IMG/VR virus record: IMGVR_UViG_3300005611_000073
Location: 1-40,003 of that record
DNA length: 40,003 bases
DNA from: a virus
Lineage: Duplodnaviria > Caudoviricetes
Strand: one strand, 5' to 3'
Under the pieces are notes generated by a model. It was given only the letters and a program-made list of their open reading frames with translations, was not told the origin of the DNA and made no database searches. The translations under genes and the position numbers were made by a program. Of this stretch, positions 6,564-13,869 are shown one piece after another. Every line of letters begins with the position of its first letter. The stretch's first letter is position 1.

Positions 6564-7751
6564 ATGAGTACTATATACTACAAACCATTCCAAACAGAAA
6601 CTGGCCGTTATATGCTAGAAGCCACTAGTGGTGAAACATACAAACGGACAGCAACCGACCAACCCTCACCCTCACCTATCACATTACAGAAAGCTGTGAG
6701 TGAAGGACAAGCCCTTGAGTTTGACTCCTCTAGAGAAACCAATGGGTGGAGACGTGTTGATATGGAGATGTTCTTTAACCACGCTAACTCTAACCCTGTC
6801 AATGAGTTACAGAAACCGTTGGAAGTATCTGAAGAGACAGAAGAAATAAAACAGTTCATACATTCAGAATCATATAGTCTAAAACCTAATAACCTAGTAT
6901 TAGATGAACTAAGATGGAAGTACGCAGTCAGAAGTGTTATCCGTTCACAAAACGTGTTAGTGTGTGGGCCAACAGGAAGTGGTAAGACTATGATGGTCAA
7001 GTGGTTGGCTGAGTCGTTATCTAGACCATTACACATTTTCAACCTAGGTTCCACTCAAGACCCAAGAGCTACTCTAATAGGTAACACTCACTTTGACCAA
7101 TCACGTGGGACATTCTTTTCTCAATCCCCATTCATAGAAGCTATTCAACAACCCAACTCCATTATCCTATTGGACGAGTTGAGTAGAGCTAACCCTGAAG
7201 CCTTCAATATCCTAATGAGTGTGTTAGACCCCAACCAACGGTATTTGAGAATAGACGAATCCGTCAACTCACCTATCATTAATGTCCACCCAACGGTGAC
7301 ATTCATTGGAACGGCTAACGTTGGAATGGAATACACATCCACACGAGTGATAGACAGAGCCCTCCAAGATAGATTTGTGACTATCCAAATGGACTACTTG
7401 GACGAAGAAGGTGAGGTAGAGCTACTGTCCAATATCTTTTCGGAAGTAGAAGACACTAAAATAAAAACAGTAGCTAAACTAGTAACCCTAGTAAGAGAAG
7501 ATGTAAAGAGTGAAGATGGTCAACTAGAACGTAACCTATCCACTAGACATAGTATAGAGATGGTCAGTCTAATCAATGATGGCTTTACATTAGAAGAGAC
7601 ATTACAGATAGTAGTCTTTCCTAACTACTCATCAGAAGGTGGGTTGGAGAGTGAGCTAACGTATGTCAAACAACTACTCCAATCAGTAATGGATGATAGT
7701 GAAGGTGACCCTCAACCACAAGTAACAGAAGATGAAATACCAATGTTCTAA
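6564..7751 (+). CDS. MoxR/CbbQ/NorQ-type AAA+ ATPase (AAA_5; CobS-like)
   Basis: Walker A GPTGSGKT, Walker B IILLDE, TAN...DRALQDRF, STR; start placed at the CCCTTACATTATG leader. Confidence 0.9.
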   Translation: MSTIYYKPFQTETGRYMLEATSGETYKRTATDQPSPSPITLQKAVSEGQALEFDSSRETNGWRRVDMEMFFNHANSNPVNELQKPLEVSEETEEIKQFIHSESYSLKPNNLVLDELRWKYAVRSVIRSQNVLVCGPTGSGKTMMVKWLAESLSRPLHIFNLGSTQDPRATLIGNTHFDQSRGTFFSQSPFIEAIQQPNSIILLDELSRANPEAFNILMSVLDPNQRYLRIDESVNSPIINVHPTVTFIGTANVGMEYTSTRVIDRALQDRFVTIQMDYLDEEGEVELLSNIFSEVEDTKIKTVAKLVTLVREDVKSEDGQLERNLSTRHSIEMVSLINDGFTLEETLQIVVFPNYSSEGGLESELTYVKQLLQSVMDDSEGDPQPQVTEDEIPMF

Positions 7752-7772
7752 GTTAAACTAGAACAGTTACTT

Positions 7773-7811
7773 AGCCCTACTCTGTCTTGTAAGGGGGACG
7801 GAGGGGGCTTT
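7773..7811 (+). terminator. GC-rich hairpin after the AAA gene
   Basis: AGCCCT-A-CTCTGTCTT / GGGACGGAG-GGGGCT followed by TT. Confidence 0.55.
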
Positions 7812-8009
7812 GTAGCATCGTAGAGTTAGCCATACCCCTAACCCCCTTTCACGTAACCCTAGAAAAAACAATGACTTAGAGCGGTGGGGGGGTCGCTTTC
7901 AATACGGGGTCAATTTTTTACCCTTATAGACTTTTTTTTGATTAAGGATAAATCCTAATTAAATTATATTTATAGACATAGTATACAACCAACTGAATGT
8001 AACACCATT

Positions 8010-8951
8010 ATGGACAAACAAAGATTATTAAAACTAGCCAACATACCTTCTACCCTTAACGAAGGAACGGTTACTAAGACATTCCATTTTAAAGGAAAAA
8101 CTTCTACTGATATAGATGAGATTGATGCTGACTTTTCAAGACACGGTATTAAATCAAATCCTGACTTTAATAATATGAAAGTTACTGTAACAGGTGATGA
8201 GAATAAAATTAAGAAGATTGTTAAGTTTCATAGGGGAATTGAAGAATCCGTAAACGAATCAGATGATACAACATCATTAAAAAAAATACACGATAGTGTT
8301 TTTAAATTCCTTAAAACAAAAAAAGGAGTAGGGGAAGTAAAAGAATTGGCAGAATTTCCAAATAGATATGGAGATAATGTAAGTACTTTTAGTGTAAGGT
8401 ATAATATTGAAGATAAGTACAATTACGATTCACAAGGAATTAAAATAGAGTATTCAAGAAACGTAGTATCTATACCAGATAAAGGGTATTTTCCATTTAA
8501 AACATTTAATGATATAAAAAATATCATTAACAAAAAATCAAAACTTAAAGAATCCGTAAACGAAGGTAAAAGTGATTTAGATATGGTTGTTGATACAATT
8601 AGAAAAGAATACGAAAATGTCCCTATAAAGAAATTAGCATATCATTTAGCGAACAAAACAACCTATACCATAGACCAACTTCTAAAGGTTCTTCGTGTGT
8701 ATAAAGATATGAATGCTAGAGATAGAGATAAAACAGATTTAAAAAAGTTGTTTAAATCATACGGACTTAAAGAATCCCTAAACGAACGATACCGGCCAAA
8801 CCTAGAATCTAAAGGTTGGGAGGCTGCACAAAAAGTAATCAAACAACTACAAAGTTCGGTATTTAGAAAACTAGATGATGATGAGTTATTGGAGTTTAGA
8901 AAAGCAATGGCTGACGCGTTCAACTTAGATGGGGTTTTAAAAGAAAAATAA
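8010..8951 (+). CDS. Putative internal head/ejection polyprotein with ES[VL]NE repeats
   Basis: TLNE, ESVNE (x2) and ESLNE separate unrelated-looking modules; TATTTATA at 7967-7974. Confidence 0.55.
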   Translation: MDKQRLLKLANIPSTLNEGTVTKTFHFKGKTSTDIDEIDADFSRHGIKSNPDFNNMKVTVTGDENKIKKIVKFHRGIEESVNESDDTTSLKKIHDSVFKFLKTKKGVGEVKELAEFPNRYGDNVSTFSVRYNIEDKYNYDSQGIKIEYSRNVVSIPDKGYFPFKTFNDIKNIINKKSKLKESVNEGKSDLDMVVDTIRKEYENVPIKKLAYHLANKTTYTIDQLLKVLRVYKDMNARDRDKTDLKKLFKSYGLKESLNERYRPNLESKGWEAAQKVIKQLQSSVFRKLDDDELLEFRKAMADAFNLDGVLKEK

Positions 8952-8983
8952 TTTGGTAAATCCAAATAATTTTCGTATGTTTG
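8952..8983 (+). promoter_or_regulatory. Bacteroidota-type primary-sigma promoter
   Basis: TTTG(8952-55)-N20-TATGTTTG(8976-83), matching the -33/-7 consensus. Confidence 0.75.
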
Positions 8984-9002
8984 TAACAATTAAATCTACG
9001 TT

Positions 9003-9488
9003 ATGTCAAAAGGTAACATATATTGGTTTACAGGCCAACCAGCTCATGGAAAAACTGTACTTGGTAAAAAGTTAGTAGAACTCCTCCAAACCGAGAAAAG
9101 AAATTGGAGAAAAGATGTATTCCATGTAGATGGTGATGATTTAAGAAAATTAACCATCAATAAAGACTACTCCGAACAAGGGAGAATCAATAACATCCGA
9201 AGAGCTCAGTTAATCGCTGAGTACCTATCTACAAAAGGATGTGATGTAGTCGTATCTTTAGTAGCACCTTATGAATGGTTGAGAGAAGAATTTAAAGAAA
9301 GAATCGGTTTAGATAATTTTCAAGAGTTTTATGTACACTCCTCTACTCCAAGAGAAAGAGACCACTTCCATTCGGAAGATTATGTAGCACCTCAAAAGAA
9401 TTTCTTTGATGTGGATACCACCAAAGATACACCCGAACAATCGTTCACCAAAATCGTAAACTTCTTAAAAGAAGAAAATAAGTTATAA
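9003..9488 (+). CDS. cysC: Adenylyl-sulfate (APS) kinase
   Basis: WFTGQPAHGKT P-loop, VDGDDLR, YSEQGRINNIRR, VSLVAPY. Confidence 0.85.
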   Translation: MSKGNIYWFTGQPAHGKTVLGKKLVELLQTEKRNWRKDVFHVDGDDLRKLTINKDYSEQGRINNIRRAQLIAEYLSTKGCDVVVSLVAPYEWLREEFKERIGLDNFQEFYVHSSTPRERDHFHSEDYVAPQKNFFDVDTTKDTPEQSFTKIVNFLKEENKL

Positions 9489-9886
9489 TGGCAAATTTTC
9501 AAGCAAAAGCAGATAAAGAAAGTTCCTCTACGGAAAAGAAGTATTCAGTATTTTTCGGGAGATGGCAGCCGTTCCATAAAGGACATTACTGGCTGATTAA
9601 TGAAAGATTAAAAGAAGGAAAAAATGTGTGGGTAGCAATCAGAGATGTGAAACCTGATGAGAAAAACCCTTGGACAGCACGTGAAATCTTGATGAACCTT
9701 TCTGAAGAGTTGAAACCACTCATTGAAGAAGGTAGAATCTTTTTATCAATTGTTCCCGATATTGAATCTATCAACTATGGTAGAGGAGTAGGATACGATG
9801 TAATCGAACACGTACCACCACAAGAAATAGGTGAAATCTCGGCAACCTCCATCAGAGAACAAATGAGAAAAGATGGTAAGTTATAA
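9488..9886 (+). CDS. HxGH (cytidylyltransferase-like) nucleotidyltransferase
   Basis: FFGRWQPFHKGH, KNPW, ISATSIRE. Confidence 0.85.
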   Translation: MANFQAKADKESSSTEKKYSVFFGRWQPFHKGHYWLINERLKEGKNVWVAIRDVKPDEKNPWTAREILMNLSEELKPLIEEGRIFLSIVPDIESINYGRGVGYDVIEHVPPQEIGEISATSIREQMRKDGKL

Positions 9887-10088
9887 GAGACACTTATTAA
9901 AAACTGTAAGTTGGAGAGTAATAGGAACATTAGACACTATGATTCTTTCAGCTGTAATCACTGGAAGTTGGGAAATGGGATTAACCATTGGAGGTATTGA
10001 AGTAGTTACCAAAATGATACTTTATTTCTTTCACGAAAGAGCTTGGTATAAACTTTCTAAGTTTGGTGTAGAAAAAACTAAACGATAA
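9873..10088 (+). CDS. DUF2061 family membrane protein
   Basis: RHLLKTVSWRVIGTLDT...KMILYFFHERAW. Confidence 0.85.
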   Translation: MVSYKRHLLKTVSWRVIGTLDTMILSAVITGSWEMGLTIGGIEVVTKMILYFFHERAWYKLSKFGVEKTKR

Positions 10089-10312
10089 AGTAACCAACCG
10101 TTCATTAGTAAAAGGTGTAAAAACGGTAAGTTTTACTAACCAAACGATATGATTATAAATGGTTGTCTTGGTATAATATGTTGGAAACAAAAAAATGAGT
10201 GAGCAAAAAACTTCCTTACAAAAATTTTTCGTAGAACCACGGGGTATTGGGTATTATATTTGACTATCGGTGAATTGTTGTGTATTATGGGGTATAACCA
10301 AATTATATAGTT

Positions 10313-10609
10313 ATGGAAGATATAAACGTACTGAAAGAAATTATTGCTAAACAAACCATTGAGATTCACCAACTAAACAAACGATTGGAGTTGATGACCT
10401 CTACTGATTGGAGTGATGGTTGGATATACGAATCACCTGATGGTGGAAAAACCATATACCGTAGACGACCCGGCTCACCCGTAAACTCACGAGTACAAAT
10501 TAATGTTGAAGACCTACCTACCTTCACGTGGAACGATGGTCAATGGACAAGTAACAATTCACTTATGTACTTTGACAACAATGGTATAGTAGACGAAGTA
10601 CCATTTTGA
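10313..10609 (+). CDS. Hypothetical phage protein (IYESPDGGKTIYRR motif)
   Basis: Motif common in small phage proteins; TTGACT-N17-TATTAT near 10261. Confidence 0.65.
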   Translation: MEDINVLKEIIAKQTIEIHQLNKRLELMTSTDWSDGWIYESPDGGKTIYRRRPGSPVNSRVQINVEDLPTFTWNDGQWTSNNSLMYFDNNGIVDEVPF

Positions 10610-10610
10610 T

Positions 10611-10796
10611 ATGGAAAACGTAACGTGTCAATATAGTGGATTACCGTCGGTGAGTTCGTATGATATTCACTTTGATAAAAAAGAATTGAGTTTGTGGGAA
10701 CGATTTCAACAACAATTAAAAGAACCTTGGCCCATCAAAGACTTTGACCAATTCAAAGAATGGTGGAGTAAACAACCGTTACACAACACACAATGA
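10611..10796 (+). CDS. Hypothetical protein
   Basis: Operon spacing; CQYSGLPS motif. Confidence 0.6.
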   Translation: MENVTCQYSGLPSVSSYDIHFDKKELSLWERFQQQLKEPWPIKDFDQFKEWWSKQPLHNTQ

Positions 10797-11539
10797 AAAT
10801 ATTAACAACCGTTATAAATTATATGGGGAGTAGTGTCCCATACCTTAGACCCGTGATAGATGAACTATCTAAGATGTCAGATGTCGTTATATTTGGCACA
10901 GAAGAAATTGAAGGATATAAAACAATTGTATTTGACAAAAGTGTTGGGGAACATTTAGTATTTAAAAATAGACAATACTTGATAGACAACATAGACAATT
11001 ATGATTACTTTATATATGTTGAAGATGATGTGTTTATATCAAATAACTCATTGACAACTCTAATTGAATTAAATGAACGTATATCAAAAATTGATGTTCG
11101 TAACAATGTTGGGTTTCTTAGATACGAAATCCATAACGACACAAAATACTTTGATGACCTACACCCCGAACATTCTATACATATGGGTGGTGATGGCATA
11201 ACAGATGTAATCAGGGAGATACAAGTTATAGATGGTTTGGTTTGTCTAAGACCGTGGAATCATTTAAGTGCTAGTTATGTGTTGTCACGTAACCAATTAA
11301 AATATTTAATTGACAACAACTATTTTCCAACCGAACCTCATACTAAATATGTTTATTATTTAGAAAGTGGGTCTAGTGATATAAACTTATATTTAAATAA
11401 AGTCACGCCCTATGATTATATAGAAGAATTATCAACTCACCATATGAGTAATAAGTACATACCCCAATACGGTGCCCCTGCCACACAAATAGATGATATA
11501 GTAAGAGAATGGAAGTCTAAACAAAAAGATAATGAGTAA
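10793..11539 (+). CDS. Putative GT-A glycosyltransferase
   Basis: YDYFIYVEDDV (DxD-like); C-terminal HHMSNKY. Confidence 0.65.
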   Translation: MKILTTVINYMGSSVPYLRPVIDELSKMSDVVIFGTEEIEGYKTIVFDKSVGEHLVFKNRQYLIDNIDNYDYFIYVEDDVFISNNSLTTLIELNERISKIDVRNNVGFLRYEIHNDTKYFDDLHPEHSIHMGGDGITDVIREIQVIDGLVCLRPWNHLSASYVLSRNQLKYLIDNNYFPTEPHTKYVYYLESGSSDINLYLNKVTPYDYIEELSTHHMSNKYIPQYGAPATQIDDIVREWKSKQKDNE

Positions 11540-11783
11540 AGTATTTTTAGTAAACGAAACAGATGAAACCAAATCAATAGAAGGATACATTCATTGTTTT
11601 GGCGACGTAAATGAAAAACAAGATACCATTAAACGAGGGTTACACGTTATATTAGACAATAACATTACAACCTCACCAATAGACCAAGTGTATCAAACAT
11701 TAACAAATAACTTTTATACCATTTATAGATTTAAGACAATGGATTCAATGGTGTATAGATTGTTGGTGCCTAACAATGGATAA
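11532..11783 (+). CDS. Hypothetical protein
   Basis: Overlapping-gene operon geometry. Confidence 0.55.
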   Translation: MSKVFLVNETDETKSIEGYIHCFGDVNEKQDTIKRGLHVILDNNITTSPIDQVYQTLTNNFYTIYRFKTMDSMVYRLLVPNNG

Positions 11784-11967
11784 GTATTCAGTAATACCGT
11801 TTATACTTTCTTTTTTGATATTGGTGTCAAACTACATTGTAGGTTTTTATTTTGTTTATATTGAACAACCCGTTGGTATAATACTATTTGGTTTATTTTC
11901 TTGTTGGGTTGTTATACGGATGAACAATCACCACCAACACAACCACGATAACAGGTATGACCGATAG
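11776..11967 (+). CDS. Small 2-TM membrane protein
   Basis: Two hydrophobic helices and a His-rich tail. Confidence 0.55.
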   Translation: MDKYSVIPFILSFLILVSNYIVGFYFVYIEQPVGIILFGLFSCWVVIRMNNHHQHNHDNRYDR

Positions 11968-12631
11968 ATTAAAAAATGATGTTATTTTTGTTAATATCAA
12001 TGGATGTTTAGATTGGATTGACCCTAGTACTCAACTTAACTGTGTTAACCGATTAAATAAAACAACAAACGTTCAAACGTATTTATCACACTACTTAGGG
12101 TTACGGAGTTATAGGCTAAACCCAATAGATGGTGATATAACATACATGCCTTTCTTTAATGTTAACATCACTAGTAATTTCTATACATATCAAACATTTA
12201 TTCTGTTTGAATTATATAATGTTCTTGAAAAATACAACATTAACTATACACACTTAATAACATACCAACACGATGGGTTTGTAACCAATGTTGATATGTG
12301 GTCTGATACGTTTTTAGAATATGACTACATTGGTCATAAGACACCCGATGATAGAATAATGAATAGTGGATTTTCTATACGAACCAAGTCATTGATGAAA
12401 ACGATTACTGATACATTAACATTAGATGAATACCAACGATACTTTCAGAAAAATGGACATGGTAATGACGATGCAATCTACCACGATATGGGGTTTGTTA
12501 AAGAAACACCACCTCAGTCATTAATAGATAAGTTTGTAAGTAGTGAACCATCTAGTGGTAGTTTCGGATTCCACACCAACAAAGAGTTTGACTTTAATCA
12601 AGCTACTTCATTGTGGAATGTTACTGTTTGA
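11957..12631 (+). CDS. DUF5672-like putative glycosyltransferase
   Basis: YQHDGFV...W...FLEYDYIG...NSGFSIR...FGFH. Confidence 0.75.
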   Translation: MTDRLKNDVIFVNINGCLDWIDPSTQLNCVNRLNKTTNVQTYLSHYLGLRSYRLNPIDGDITYMPFFNVNITSNFYTYQTFILFELYNVLEKYNINYTHLITYQHDGFVTNVDMWSDTFLEYDYIGHKTPDDRIMNSGFSIRTKSLMKTITDTLTLDEYQRYFQKNGHGNDDAIYHDMGFVKETPPQSLIDKFVSSEPSSGSFGFHTNKEFDFNQATSLWNVTV

Positions 12632-12644
12632 TATTTATAGTTGT

Positions 12645-12752
12645 ATGAGTTCTTTAAAAAAGATAATTAAACAAACACTTTTATTTATACTGTTAGTATT
12701 ATTCTTAATATGGTTAAACGGTGTAGGTAAATCATTAATGGATATAGTATGA
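12645..12752 (+). CDS. 35-aa single-TM peptide (start moved to 12645)
   Basis: TATTTATA at 12632-12639; ATGA overlap with pspC. Confidence 0.5.
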   Translation: MSSLKKIIKQTLLFILLVLFLIWLNGVGKSLMDIV

Positions 12753-12928
12753 AAACATTTAAACGTTCTAAAGAAAAAAAAGTATTTGGACTATGTAGTG
12801 GTCTAGCAAACTATACAGACACCGACCCAATCCTTTGGCGTTTGTTGTTTGTATTTCTTTTTTGTATACCCGGCATACCTGCAGGTTTATTTTATGTGTT
12901 AGCTACTCTTATCACCGAATCAGAATAA
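12749..12928 (+). CDS. pspC: PspC-domain protein (59 aa, not in the ORF track)
   Basis: MKTFKRSKEKKVFGLCSGLANYTDTDPILWRLLFVFL fits the PspC pattern R-S-x5-G-x-C-x-GLA-x-Y-x3-DP-x3-R. Confidence 0.85.
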   Translation: MKTFKRSKEKKVFGLCSGLANYTDTDPILWRLLFVFLFCIPGIPAGLFYVLATLITESE

Positions 12929-12933
12929 GTTTC

Positions 12934-12973
12934 TTAACATTTAGTTGACATTAAGTTAACAATTTCTTAACAT
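12934..12973 (+). promoter_or_regulatory. Four 11-bp-period TTAACA-type repeats (Pho-box-like)
   Basis: TTAACAT/TTGACAT/TTAACAA/TTAACAT at 12934, 12945, 12956, 12967. Confidence 0.6.
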
Positions 12974-13004
12974 TAGGTATATTTATAATAAATGAGGAGT
13001 ACCT

Positions 13005-13397
13005 ATGTTTAATATGTTAATGAAAAAAAGGTTATTCTATTTAGTTTTTATTGTTGTTATACTTTTTATGGGTAATGTCAATGGGCAAACGGTTCAACAG
13101 GTAGAAAATCAAAAGAAAATAGAGTGGATTAGACTTAATAAAGTTGGATACTTTACGTTTGTAGATAAACACACCATACAACGAGGTAAGTTTTATGTTA
13201 AAGGACGTAAATATATTCGTGATGGTGAATGGGAACTACACGTAAATGACCAACTACGTACCGTTGTCAAATATGATATGGGTAGTGTGGTGTGGGTTAA
13301 ACATCCTAACGGAAAAACCATTACCCAACAGATGATGGAAATCCACCGACTTAAACAACGAATAGCTTTTCTAGAAAAAGAAATAAAAAACAGTTGA
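13005..13397 (+). CDS. Putative secreted protein
   Basis: GAGGAG SD; KKR + hydrophobic + VNG/Q signal peptide. Confidence 0.7.
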   Translation: MFNMLMKKRLFYLVFIVVILFMGNVNGQTVQQVENQKKIEWIRLNKVGYFTFVDKHTIQRGKFYVKGRKYIRDGEWELHVNDQLRTVVKYDMGSVVWVKHPNGKTITQQMMEIHRLKQRIAFLEKEIKNS

Positions 13398-13448
13398 CTT
13401 TAATGTATTGTATGTGTATATTGTAGAAATACAAACCTATTTATACAT

Positions 13449-13745
13449 ATGATACACAAATACCTTACCAAACAAAATACAGAGTTACTAAAACTGTCTG
13501 TTGTTATTGATGAGATTACACGTGATATTGATAACCAAGACTCACATATCAAATTAGCTCATATGGCTTTTGTTGAATTGTTGGAATCGTACAAATATAA
13601 TACAATGGACGATACAATGAGTGTTGGTGACTTTAAAACGATATGGTATTCAATCATATTTGATTTAATGGGAGAGAGTTCAAATGAACATCTCCCTCTC
13701 TCCGATAGGTTTATGAACGTCCCTAATAAAGTGTGGGTTAACTAA
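13449..13745 (+). CDS. Hypothetical protein
   Basis: TTGACT-N17-TATATT near 13394 and TATTTATA at 13438. Confidence 0.65.
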   Translation: MIHKYLTKQNTELLKLSVVIDEITRDIDNQDSHIKLAHMAFVELLESYKYNTMDDTMSVGDFKTIWYSIIFDLMGESSNEHLPLSDRFMNVPNKVWVN

Positions 13746-13807
13746 ATGTTAAGAATGACCGATATGGTTATTTCTTTTGGATAATACCTCACTTTTCCTT
13801 ACCTTTA
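13740..13807 (+). promoter_or_regulatory. TBDR promoter region: inverted copy of the Pho-box-like element + Bacteroidota-type promoter
   Basis: 13740-13755 is the reverse complement of 12931-12946; TTTG(13776)-N20-TACCTTTA. Confidence 0.55.
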
Positions 13808-13869
13808 AGTTCATATATATTCTATTTAATATGTGAACTATTAACCAAAACAATAACAACAATAATAAT

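Noticed and set aside
6564-7751. Cobalamin biosynthesis (cobS/cobT) as an auxiliary pathway
   Set aside because: No cobN or other cob genes in the window; the motifs only support a generic MoxR-type AAA+/vWA pair
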